A DNA stretch of 64,000 bases from positions 36,153-100,152 of the forward strand of contig JBKHBN010000002.1 in NCBI GenBank assembly GCA_046542355.1. The letters run 5' to 3'. How positions within the stretch are numbered: position 1 is the stretch's first letter; the number at the start of each line of letters is the position of its first letter. Below the pieces are notes generated by a model. That model did no database searches. It had not been told where the DNA came from and worked only from the letters and a program-made list of their open reading frames with translations. Positions 1 to 8,222 of this stretch are shown here, piece after piece. The position numbers were made by a program, and so were the translations under genes. This stretch comes from Alphaproteobacteria bacterium (GTDB taxonomy: Bacteria; Pseudomonadota; Alphaproteobacteria; Micavibrionales; Micavibrionaceae).

Positions 1-1394
1 ACCAGCTTTGAGACCATAGGCTGCAACACCAGCAAAACCACAAGAACAAGCATCACAACCACGGCCAGCATTTCGGCGGCATCAAGTAGCTCGCTTCTCT
101 CAAACCCGAATATCCTGTTATCTTCAAGCTCACTTTCTTCGCCAATAATCTGTGCAAACTGCTGGTTTACAACCTCAATGACATCACCGCGGTTTTCATC
201 AAACCCTGCCGCAGTGCGCACCAAAGCGGCGATTTGAGCCATTTCCTCCCCAGAGCGCGGCTCATAGATCTCATTACCCTCTGCATCAGTCACATAACGT
301 CCATCAACCAGTACGGAAATTGAAAGTTTTTCAACATTTCCGGTCTGGCGCACCGTACTGCGGATGGTTTTGCTAATCTCATAATTCGTCATTTCTTCTG
401 TACGTGAGCTATCGGCACTTGCGCCCTCATCAGAAAGCAAATCTCCGCCAACACCGGGCAGATTGTTCTCGATACCGACAGTGTCATTTGCGCTGGCCTC
501 ACGTTCAGACGTTTCTTCCAGCGTTGTTTGTGAGGAGCGCAAAACCTGTCCCTCAGGATTGTATAGCTCCTCGTTTAAGCTGACCTGATCAAAGTTCATC
601 TGAGCATTGACTATGGCTGTAACTTTCCCGAAACCCACTATGCGGCTGATTTGTTCTTCGATATTCCTTTGTAGCCTGGATTCAAAATTGCGCCGTAAAT
701 CTTCGCTTTTTAAGGATAAGAGGCTTTCATCTTCATCACCGCCTTTGGCCATCAAATTCCCGTTACTGTCAATGATAGAGACATTATTGGCCTTTAAATG
801 AGGAACGGCAGAAGAGACCAGAGACTGAATGGCGGCGATTTGCTGGCGCTCAATGGCAGATCCGGCCTGAATATTAAGGAACACACTGGCCGAGGACTTA
901 CGCGTCTCGCGGCTGAACAACTCGCGCTGGGGCAAAACGATATGAACGCGAGCACTGCGCACACCCTCAAGTGAGCTTATGGTTTTTGCCAGCTCTCCTT
1001 CAATAGCACGAACCTGATTGATGTTTTGGACAAAATTGGTGGTTCCAAAAGCCGATTGCTTGTCAAAAATCTCGTAACCCATGGAGCCGCCATTGGGAAG
1101 ACCCGAAGCGGCAAGCAGCATGCGTGCGCGCCCGACCTCGTCGGATGGAACCAGTATACGTGAGCCATCCGAAGAAATCTCGTAATTGATTTCCGTTTCC
1201 TCAAGTTTTGCCGCCACTGCCCCTGAATCGGTAGGCGAGAGATCTGTATATAAAAGCTTCATCTCCGGCGATGAAATGCGCATGGATAAAAAAACAAAAA
1301 AGCTAAGAAATCCAAGGATGATAGCACCCATAACCCCTAATCGGGCGGTGCCTAATTGTTGTAGTGTTGCAACAAAATTATTCACAGTTTCCAC
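1..1394 (-). CDS. fliF: Flagellar M-ring protein FliF (C-terminus cut by window edge)
   Basis: Not on the ORF track because it runs off the window. My hand translation of the minus strand from GTG at 1394 gives VETVNNFVATLQQLGTARLGVMGAIILGFLSFFVFLSMRISSPEMKLLYTDLSP...GVRSARVHIVLPQRELFSRE...KLSISVLVDGRY... and stays open to position 1. It has the N-terminal TM helix and YscJ/FliF-type core. Confidence 0.9.
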   Translation of the reverse strand, partial: METVNNFVATLQQLGTARLGVMGAIILGFLSFFVFLSMRISSPEMKLLYTDLSPTDSGAVAAKLEETEINYEISSDGSRILVPSDEVGRARMLLAASGLPNGGSMGYEIFDKQSAFGTTNFVQNINQVRAIEGELAKTISSLEGVRSARVHIVLPQRELFSRETRKSSASVFLNIQAGSAIERQQIAAIQSLVSSAVPHLKANNVSIIDSNGNLMAKGGDEDESLLSLKSEDLRRNFESRLQRNIEEQISRIVGFGKVTAIVNAQMNFDQVSLNEELYNPEGQVLRSSQTTLEETSEREASANDTVGIENNLPGVGGDLLSDEGASADSSRTEEMTNYEISKTIRSTVRQTGNVEKLSISVLVDGRYVTDAEGNEIYEPRSGEEMAQIAALVRTAAGFDENRGDVIEVVNQQFAQIIGEESELEDNRIFGFERSELLDAAEMLAVVVMLVLVVLLVLQPMVSKL

Positions 1395-1667
1395 CTTTGC
1401 AAAATGCGACACCTCTAAGAAAGAGGGTGGGAGAGAAATGTACTATAGCACAAAACTATCCTGCAATACGAGGGGGTGCATTACGAATAATTTACACGGT
1501 TTTGCTCTGATTCCCAAGTAGCTTATACACAATAACAGGAGATAAGCTGAAGGGGGGATGAAAAAGCGGCTGGTATCAGAAATGGTTCTCCTTGGCACAA
1601 GTAAAAAAAGAGGGGGCAAACACTGCTGGGTGTGGAAGTGTGTGTGGACAGCTTTTTGTTTGTTTTC

Positions 1668-1697
1668 TTGACTTTACATGCTTATATCGTGTATCAT
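1668..1697 (+). promoter_or_regulatory. sigma70-like promoter candidate (TTGACT-N18-TATCAT) upstream of the flaG-like gene
   Basis: TTGACT at 1668-1673 and TATCAT at 1692-1697, about 70 nt upstream of the 1770 start. Consensus match only. Confidence 0.25.
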
Positions 1698-1769
1698 GAT
1701 AGTAGGGTATTGTACCAATGTTACGTCTAGAAGTATTCTGGACCTAACTTTGGAACGAGAAAGGTTAGG

Positions 1770-2330
1770 GTGACGCTTATGATAGAAGCGGTCAATTCTA
1801 CTATAGCTAATGCGACCACAGTGCGGGGCATGGTGGGGCAAGTTGATTCTGCCTCTGTGTCTTCGGTGACTGCTGTTCTGCCCGCATCGGGCAGTGAAGC
1901 AATGCCGGGCGCTCCGCAGGCACCTTTCGTGAGTCCTTTTATATCGGTTGATATGAATTATAATACACCGGTATTACAAATCAGGGACGCACAAACAGGT
2001 GATGTAAAGCAGCAATTCCCCACGGAAGCGCGTTTGACAAAAGTTGCCGCGACTCAGGCAGAGTTGTTTGGCAGCTTGCAGGAAACAGCCTCTACGACAT
2101 ATGTTTCAACCGGTACAACCGTGCCGCAAGAGACTATGGGATCAGGCGAAGGTCAAGGTCAAATCGCTTTACAAGCAGTGGATGTAACAACGGTGCAGGA
2201 CGTAACCTCGAATGCAGCATCTTCTACACCACAAATTGCCGTAGCAGCACTTTCGGCAGCGGCGCATTCTCCTGCGCCAACAGCAGCAGGTGCACCGGAA
2301 TTGTCTGGTGGCGTTACTGTGTACGCATAA
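1770..2330 (+). CDS. flaG: FlaG-like flagellar protein
   Basis: The segment PFISVDMNYNTPVLQIRDAQTGDVKQQFPTEARL matches the FlaG family core (F.vd....v.v.D..TGevirqiP.e..l). It lies next to flaF/flbT/flagellin. GTG start, with an alternative ATG at 1779. Confidence 0.6.
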   Translation: MTLMIEAVNSTIANATTVRGMVGQVDSASVSSVTAVLPASGSEAMPGAPQAPFVSPFISVDMNYNTPVLQIRDAQTGDVKQQFPTEARLTKVAATQAELFGSLQETASTTYVSTGTTVPQETMGSGEGQGQIALQAVDVTTVQDVTSNAASSTPQIAVAALSAAAHSPAPTAAGAPELSGGVTVYA

Positions 2331-2392
2331 TCGAATAGGCACGCTATATCGATGTCTGTAAAAAGGAGCGATTCGTAGCGCTTACAGTCAAG

Positions 2393-2416
2393 TTCTTCTT
2401 CTTCTTCTTCTTCTTC
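2393..2416. repeat. (TTC)8 trinucleotide microsatellite
   Basis: Eight perfect TTC units in the convergent gap between flaG-like and flaF. Confidence 0.95.
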
Positions 2417-2527
2417 TGCATGATTTTTGAAATATCTGCTTATTTCATCGCCATAAATCGCCAAAAACTCTTTGAATCCTCAAAACCTGAAAAATGCACC
2501 AATTAGAGCGTTCACACATTAAGGATT

Positions 2528-2944
2528 TTACGCTCTATTCATTAAACCTGATGCGATCTCGTGATTGATATTAATGAGGATATCGATCTTTTCCTTGGCC
2601 GGACTTGAGAGAATATCAACCTCACGCTTGAAAATAAAATTGGCAAGATTGATGATATTACTACGCAAAGCTTCGGGGCGCGCAGTTTCATCATTGCCCT
2701 CTATAGCTGTATCATAAAAAAGAACCCAGATCTGGCGATTATACTTTAGTGTCTCCTCAAGAAGGTCTTCAGGTCGCTCATCCCATACGGTAACAAGCTG
2801 CTGCATCATGCGGTTTGATTTAAGCAAAATTCTGGCCTCCAGCTCGCGCTGGTCACCGGCCAGAAGCTGTGCATTGTTATCATAGGCTCCCGCCGCCGTG
2901 GAGCGGCTTTGCGTTTGGGATGGATCAGCTTTATTATGCGACAC
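2528..2944 (-). CDS. flaF: Flagellar biosynthesis regulator FlaF
   Basis: 138 aa. The motifs LKSNRMMQQL...YNRQIWVLFYD...LRSNIINLANFI are typical of alphaproteobacterial FlaF. It overlaps flbT by 11 nt, as in Caulobacter-type loci. Confidence 0.8.
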   Translation of the reverse strand: MSHNKADPSQTQSRSTAAGAYDNNAQLLAGDQRELEARILLKSNRMMQQLVTVWDERPEDLLEETLKYNRQIWVLFYDTAIEGNDETARPEALRSNIINLANFIFKREVDILSSPAKEKIDILININHEIASGLMNRA

Positions 2945-3320
2945 TTTCTAATAACTCCCGCTCATGGTCTATAAGGTCTTTTGCCAGTTTCATGGCTTTA
3001 TAATGGGCGCCACTGATGATTTGTTCGTTAATTTGCATGAAAAAGATAGAGCATGACGGCGCGGCTTTTTGAATGTCGTGGATCAGATCAAAATAACGTT
3101 TGTGATACTCTTTCGGACTGCGTGATATATACATGCATTGAATAAGAAAATAAACTTTTTTGCAAGGCGTGTCAGCATCTTCTTCCTGCATAATATCTTT
3201 TTCACGAATAATCGGGGCATCCCCGGCAATATGCAGACGCGTACGCTGTGAGCTGTTAGAGATAACAGCCTCGCCGATAAGAATCTTTTCCTGAGGTTTG
3301 AGGTCTATAACCAGCGCCAT
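2934..3320 (-). CDS. flbT: Flagellar biosynthesis repressor FlbT
   Basis: MALVIDLKPQEKILIGEAVISNSSQRTRLHIAGDAPIIREKDIMQEEDADTPCKKVYFLIQCMY matches the FlbT N-terminal signature (MALK..LKPGE.iiingAvi.N...r..l.....piLRekDim....a.TP..riYF). Confidence 0.85.
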   Translation of the reverse strand: MALVIDLKPQEKILIGEAVISNSSQRTRLHIAGDAPIIREKDIMQEEDADTPCKKVYFLIQCMYISRSPKEYHKRYFDLIHDIQKAAPSCSIFFMQINEQIISGAHYKAMKLAKDLIDHERELLESVA

Positions 3321-3386
3321 GAAATTTGTCCTTATATCCTTATTGTATGGTGTTAAAATGTCGGCCTGCCAAGACCAAAATCTATT

Positions 3387-4217
3387 CTAAAACAACCTGA
3401 GAATCTCATCTTGTGATGGAGAAGCCAGAGACAGCGACATTGAACTCAGTGTTTGGCGTGTTTGTAAAGCCAGCAGGTTGGCACCTTCCTCGCTTAGCGT
3501 TGTAAGAGCAAGCCCGTTAACGCCATCCTCAAGAGCATTGACCGTTTCCTGCGTGAAGTCGCGGCGTGTACGTACAACGTTCAAATCACTGGCAATATCA
3601 AGTTTAAGTCCCATAATTTCATCTAAAGCACTGCGTAGATAATCAATAGACTCTTCAGCTGCTTCAAGTGAGGCAAAATCAAGATCATCAAGGGCAAGAG
3701 GATCAGACACCAGATCAATGCCCTGTGTGATAACATGATGCCGTTCATTTTTTGTAAAACGGGTTTCCAGATCATTACCCGCCAGAAGGTTAGTACCCGA
3801 ATATGCTGCTTTTTCAACAACATTGTCAATTCGACTTTGAATATCCTCTAAAGCCCGTTGATGTGCCTCCAGATCAAAAGAGCCGCCATCCTTATAGGCA
3901 TCACGTATCTCCAGCGCGTGTGTTTGTGCTTCTTGAATAAAGGTAGAAAGCGCAGCAACGCTTCTGCTTGCGTGATCCAGAATTTTTGCAGAGCGCGAGA
4001 TATTATCAAGTAACTCCGACAGGGTGCTGGCCTGCGCACTCATATTATGTGAAAAGAAATCCTGTGTAGCAGTGCGCAAAAGACTATCGGGATTATCTTT
4101 TGCTGAAGCATTGTCCGTTTTCCCTTCAGCCATGCGGGCGCTATCCCCGCCCTTTTTAGAGTGCAAAGATTGAATATTATGACGCAATGCGGATGTTAAT
4201 ACGATGTCATATGACAT
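3387..4217 (-). CDS. Flagellin (short alphaproteobacterial type, 276 aa)
   Basis: The N-terminus DIVLTSALRHNIQSL and C-terminus NLLALQTRQTLSSMSLSLASPSQDEILRLF match the conserved flagellin D0 helices. Its position directly upstream of flbT/flaF also fits. Confidence 0.8.
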   Translation of the reverse strand: MSYDIVLTSALRHNIQSLHSKKGGDSARMAEGKTDNASAKDNPDSLLRTATQDFFSHNMSAQASTLSELLDNISRSAKILDHASRSVAALSTFIQEAQTHALEIRDAYKDGGSFDLEAHQRALEDIQSRIDNVVEKAAYSGTNLLAGNDLETRFTKNERHHVITQGIDLVSDPLALDDLDFASLEAAEESIDYLRSALDEIMGLKLDIASDLNVVRTRRDFTQETVNALEDGVNGLALTTLSEEGANLLALQTRQTLSSMSLSLASPSQDEILRLF

Positions 4218-4236
4218 TTACTCAAGTATCCTTTCT

Positions 4237-4510
4237 TAGATAGTGTCGTTGCGTGTTATGTCTATTCTGCGCGAGCAAATTTTTTAAATGATAAGCCTGA
4301 AAACCGCGCAGGGACTAGCCGTAGCTAATGGCAAGCGGTTTGAAGGCTTAGATACAAAAATTTGCCGCGCCCTTCGGGGTGCAATTTAAAAACAAATTAT
4401 CTGCTTTTTTGTCCCTTGAATATGCTGCGGCATATCCTGCGATCCAAAAAATTGATCCTTTGCTTTTAAATTGCAACAGCATTGTACATAACACGTAACG
4501 ACACTATCTA
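4237..4510. repeat. IR-bounded (MITE-like) 274-bp element with 25-bp terminal inverted repeats
   Basis: 4237-4261 is TAGATAGTGTCGTTGCGTGTTATGT. 4486-4510 is ACATAACACGTAACGACACTATCTA, its reverse complement with 1 mismatch (24/25). There is no ORF inside. The same terminal motif recurs elsewhere in the window. Confidence 0.6.
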
Positions 4511-4691
4511 GGCATCAAAATGCCGCAACGTTCTTTCGCGGCCTTTTGTCTATTCTCTATTATTATAGTAATAACATGCCGTTTAACAAAAGGTTAAATA
4601 TATTTCAAGAAGTTATTCTTATACAGCCCTGCGCCAACACCAATGCGCCTGCGCTGCAAAAGAACGATGCGCCCGAAACCGGAACATAATA

Positions 4692-6704
4692 TCAGGCCAG
4701 AATATTATAGCGCATATGCCCGGTATGAGGATCAATTTGCCAGCGTGCCGTTTCACTTGCCAATGAAAGGGAATCGCCTTCATCACGCCCACCAGCGCCA
4801 TTTCCGGCATCACGTCCCCGCGCCTGCGCAGAAGAGCCATCGCGCTCAAAACTTTGTCCGTCACTGGCAAGCTCAAAGCTCAGATTACCGTCTGCATTAA
4901 GACCGGCTTCACTCATGGCGCGCTCAAGAAATTGTGCGTCGCGCTGAAGCATTTGATGGGTTTCGGGTTTTTCGGCAGTCAGAACAATATGGGTCATATT
5001 ATCGCCATCAATGCTCATTTTAACCTCAACGCGGCCTAGCTCCGGGGGATCTAGCTGGAGTTTGATCGTCGTATCCTCACCGCGCTGAAGAGCCCTTTGC
5101 ATAGTCATGGAGATCATTTGCGAGGCAGGATGCGCCTGTGCGCCATTGCTTGCCTGTAATGAACCAACCCGTCCCGTTCCCGCGGTAGAAGCGCTCTGAA
5201 TCTGGGCTGTGCCGTGAAGTCCCGATGCGTTTTGCTCTGCAAGAAGCGCATCAGCCTCCGCGCCTGCCGCAATCAGTCCTTGTTGCGCACCGATGCTTTG
5301 CAAAAAGCGCTGTCCTGCTCCCGGAGTGCCGGGGCTTTGCTGTGCCCCGCGGAGATTTGGCACATGATTATCTGCCCCGTCATTCTTCGCTTTTCCTGCA
5401 CGCCCGAGCGCCTGATCCGCATCGTCCAAAGTAACCTCAAAGCCGTCTTCCCCCTCGCCAGCAAGAGGGAACCCTTGACCTTCTGCGTCTAAAGACGTGC
5501 CTTGTCTGGCTTTAGTGCCACCGGCAAGATCAAGAGAATCTTGCATCTGCGCACTTTGAGCGCCAAATTTTGGATCATGAGCTCCCGCAGTGTCTGCGCT
5601 GGAGCGAGAGGAAAGCAATAAATCGTTTGTATTCTCACCACCAGCAGCCGCAACAGTAGCTATATCTCTACCAACGGGCGCATCAAGGTGGACGCCATTA
5701 GGCAATAGGGCAGAGAGCTGCGGGGCATACTCTGCCGAGAGTGCAGCCAGATCATCAAGCTCTTCCGCACTCAATTCACCGCCTAAATAGCCATTCAATG
5801 TACTTTTCAAAAGATTAAGCTCTTGCGGATTAAGGGCTGAAAACAGGGCATCAAAAGTGCCATCGCCCGCGTTATTATCCCGCAAACGGGCAAGAATATC
5901 CTGCAAGGCATCTCCTTGTGCACCGTACTGGGTAGCAGGGCGGTGTTCACCAGCCTGTTGAACAAGAGCATCCAGAAAGGATAAAAACGCATTTTTCTGC
6001 TCTTGTGTAAGATTTGCCACGCCGCTTAAATCTGCACCATCCACGGAAACGGCATTTCCCAGCCCATTAAGGAAGTGCTCAAGCGCCTCAAGAAGATCAG
6101 CAGAAATATCGTCTATATTGCTAAACCCCTCGGACAGGCCAATGAATTCCGCTTCAAGCCCTGATATATCACCGGAAAGGGACATATCGCCATGAGTAAT
6201 CACAAGCGTATTGTCCTGCATTTGCTGCCCCTCAACCTCAATGTCGGATTTCCCCTTCACAGAAACTTTCTCACCGGCCACAGAGTGAGCCGCACTGTTA
6301 TCAGTGAAAGTGCCTTGCTCTTGAGAGGGTGAAAGATTGTCGTTTTCAGAGCCGCCGCCGCGCGAATTACTTCTGGCCGTATCAGCCCGATGCTTATGGA
6401 CATCATCAGCAGTAGAACCCGCTGCGTCCATTTTGCTTTTATCAGAGCGCTTTGCGTCATTTTTATAAACATCATTCTTGGACGCATCATTATCTCGATC
6501 ACGTGCATAAGGTTTGGTCTTTGCATCAGTATCATTGGTCTTTTCAAGCGATGTCATCAGATCGGAAAAATGCCGGTCATCTGCACTGGAAGAAGACCTG
6601 AAGTGATCTGCTTTTTTTAGCGCAACTGACGTTGTGTAACGCGTTAGAGCATTGGTGCTAAAACTGTGTTGTGACAATAAATTTTGTTGTGTCATGTGTG
6701 CCAT
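4692..6704 (-). CDS. fliK: Flagellar hook-length control protein FliK
   Basis: 670 aa with a long low-complexity N-terminal and central region. The C-terminal IKLQLDPPELGRVEVKMSIDGDNMTHIVLTAEKPETHQMLQRDAQFLERAMSEAGL matches the Flg_hook/FliK C-terminal domain. Confidence 0.8.
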   Translation of the reverse strand: MAHMTQQNLLSQHSFSTNALTRYTTSVALKKADHFRSSSSADDRHFSDLMTSLEKTNDTDAKTKPYARDRDNDASKNDVYKNDAKRSDKSKMDAAGSTADDVHKHRADTARSNSRGGGSENDNLSPSQEQGTFTDNSAAHSVAGEKVSVKGKSDIEVEGQQMQDNTLVITHGDMSLSGDISGLEAEFIGLSEGFSNIDDISADLLEALEHFLNGLGNAVSVDGADLSGVANLTQEQKNAFLSFLDALVQQAGEHRPATQYGAQGDALQDILARLRDNNAGDGTFDALFSALNPQELNLLKSTLNGYLGGELSAEELDDLAALSAEYAPQLSALLPNGVHLDAPVGRDIATVAAAGGENTNDLLLSSRSSADTAGAHDPKFGAQSAQMQDSLDLAGGTKARQGTSLDAEGQGFPLAGEGEDGFEVTLDDADQALGRAGKAKNDGADNHVPNLRGAQQSPGTPGAGQRFLQSIGAQQGLIAAGAEADALLAEQNASGLHGTAQIQSASTAGTGRVGSLQASNGAQAHPASQMISMTMQRALQRGEDTTIKLQLDPPELGRVEVKMSIDGDNMTHIVLTAEKPETHQMLQRDAQFLERAMSEAGLNADGNLSFELASDGQSFERDGSSAQARGRDAGNGAGGRDEGDSLSLASETARWQIDPHTGHMRYNILA

Positions 6705-6783
6705 CCTGCACTTTTGGTTTTTCTAATATTAAAGTATCCGCATGTTCATATGTCCTGCGCCGCTGCGATCAGCGAAGTAGAGC

Positions 6784-7287
6784 CTATACAGTTTCACTAA
6801 GCCCGGAAGAAACAATATGACGCGCCGCGCCCTCAGGAACACTGCCATCCTTGCCATAACTTAAGGTGCTCTCTCTTCGCGCAGCCTTAAGAGCGGCATT
6901 GCGCAAAGTATTGCCCAAACGCTGGGAGCAGTTTTTCATCCGCATAACCACTTCGAGATTCTGTTTTGTGGTGTTGGTGAAATGTTCGTGCATCTCGCGC
7001 AATTTTTGTCTCATGGTCGCATCAGCCTGCCCAAGCTCGTTTTTACGCTCAATCATTTGTGTCATCATCGCATAATAAGTCTGCGCAGCCTCGATTTTAC
7101 TGCTCTGCAGCTCTAAAAAGGCGTTGGTATCAGGCTTTCTCAAAGCATTGATTTCCGCAGTGTAAATATCCTCAAGAACTCTGGCTGCGGCAATCACATC
7201 GCCTATCGCATGGTTGGGATTGCTGGGCAGCGCATGTGCCTGTGGCTGATATGGCTGGTTTGTTTGATTTTGATTGTGTGTGCTCAT
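6784..7287 (-). CDS. Flagellar-locus helical protein, FlgN/FlbY-like (paralog A)
   Basis: 167 aa with a disordered N-terminus followed by a helical region (E..aL...D...F.eLQ..K......Y) in FlgN style. Located between the flgI-flgJ genes and fliK. The call is weak and rests on position and pattern. Confidence 0.35.
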   Translation of the reverse strand: MSTHNQNQTNQPYQPQAHALPSNPNHAIGDVIAAARVLEDIYTAEINALRKPDTNAFLELQSSKIEAAQTYYAMMTQMIERKNELGQADATMRQKLREMHEHFTNTTKQNLEVVMRMKNCSQRLGNTLRNAALKAARRESTLSYGKDGSVPEGAARHIVSSGLSETV

Positions 7288-7336
7288 TTCCTATGTGCTC
7301 CTTTAGTAAACTTCTTTTATTTATATGATAGAAAGC

Positions 7337-7840
7337 TCACGCTTTCCCAAGGCCTCCGGCTTTCTTGTGATCGGCGCTGTGAGAATAAGCGGCGCGCGCG
7401 CCCAAAGAAGAACGTTGTCCCATCTCCTGTGCAGTAACCAGAACAGATTGCGTCGTCGCCGCTGAGCGTTTTTTAATGTCCTGAATTAAACGGTTGTTCC
7501 TTTCGCTAATGCTCGCAAGATCTGCCTGCAGCGCATTTAAATCAGCAATCAAAGCACGGTCTGCCATGCGAAAGGCTCCAAGGCGCCCCCGGAATTCTTC
7601 CGAAGCCTGCGTATAACGTCGGCTAAGAGGGTTCTTCTCCCTTTGGGCATAGGCAAAGCGCTTGTGATCAAGACTAACAAGACTCTCATATTCTTCATGG
7701 GCAAGATGCAACAGATCCTGACTAATCGCTATGAGCACCCCGACCGCCTGATCTACATTGCGCGGCAAGATGTCCTGAACCGGAGCATCAGGAACGGTCT
7801 CATCGGAATTGGTATCTGCGTTTGTTTCAGAGGGATTCAT
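7337..7840 (-). CDS. Flagellar-locus helical protein, FlgN/FlbY-like (paralog B)
   Basis: 167 aa with the same architecture as 6784-7287. It occupies the position that flbY holds after flgI-cheL in Caulobacter. Confidence 0.4.
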   Translation of the reverse strand: MNPSETNADTNSDETVPDAPVQDILPRNVDQAVGVLIAISQDLLHLAHEEYESLVSLDHKRFAYAQREKNPLSRRYTQASEEFRGRLGAFRMADRALIADLNALQADLASISERNNRLIQDIKKRSAATTQSVLVTAQEMGQRSSLGARAAYSHSADHKKAGGLGKA

Positions 7841-7847
7841 AAGGGTC

Positions 7848-8222
7848 TTATTCCTTCATTGTGTGTTGTGCCTGTATTTCTATCAACTTGTCCATGACAT
7901 GGGATTGAATGCCGGTTGCATCCCGCGCAGCAATAGCCTTGCCGTATTCCTCAATCATCAAATCACGAAAGATTTCCTCACCTTTGCCACCGCCAAACAT
8001 GGTATTAGTTTCTATCCCTGCAAACATCGGTTTGAGCATTTGCGCGATAAAAACAGCCTCAAAGTCCTGCGCCGCTGCTTTTATATCCGTCCTGTTTTTG
8101 AGCGCACCTAGGTTCAGCGTATCCTGTGCCTTCTGATTTTTCTGCATCTGAAGCCCTGTCATCGTTACATCCGCAGAAACAGGGGAGGGCATAGAATTGG
8201 TTATTCCTGTTACAGCCATCAC
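7848..8222 (-). CDS. flgJ: Rod-binding protein (FlgJ N-terminal domain only, CheL-like)
   Basis: AAAQDFEAVFIAQMLKPMFAGIE...GGGKGEEIFRDLMIEEYGKAIA is the Rod-binding (PF10135-type) signature. It overlaps the flgI stop by 4 nt. Confidence 0.8.
   Translation of the reverse strand: MMAVTGITNSMPSPVSADVTMTGLQMQKNQKAQDTLNLGALKNRTDIKAAAQDFEAVFIAQMLKPMFAGIETNTMFGGGKGEEIFRDLMIEEYGKAIAARDATGIQSHVMDKLIEIQAQHTMKE

Noticed and set aside
1405-1424. CGACACCTCTAAGAAAG near the fliF start, resembling CGACACTATCTAAGAAAG at the flagellin leader
   Set aside because: The similarity needs an indel and the orientation relative to the adjacent gene is opposite. At this length a chance match cannot be excluded.
1481-1495. 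CtrA-box-like TTAC-N7-TTAC upstream of fliF
   Set aside because: The spacing is right, but both half-sites deviate from TTAA at the last base. A single degenerate match is not convincing without a PWM score or conservation.
2159-2464. 101-aa minus-strand ORF (MAIYGDEISRYFKNHAEEEEEEEELD...)
   Set aside because: It runs antisense through the last ~170 nt of the flaG-like gene, its poly-Glu merely reflects the TTC microsatellite, and it has no obvious RBS or recognisable family.
4424-4437. Possible sigma54 element upstream of flagellin (minus strand GGATATGCCGCAGC)
   Set aside because: Only the GG-N10-GC skeleton matches. Both the -24 and -12 flanks are poor, and it lies more than 200 nt from the ATG.
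4619-4900. 85-aa ORFs on both strands at the fliK 3' end
   Set aside because: They overlap the well-supported FliK C-terminal domain frame and have no independent support.
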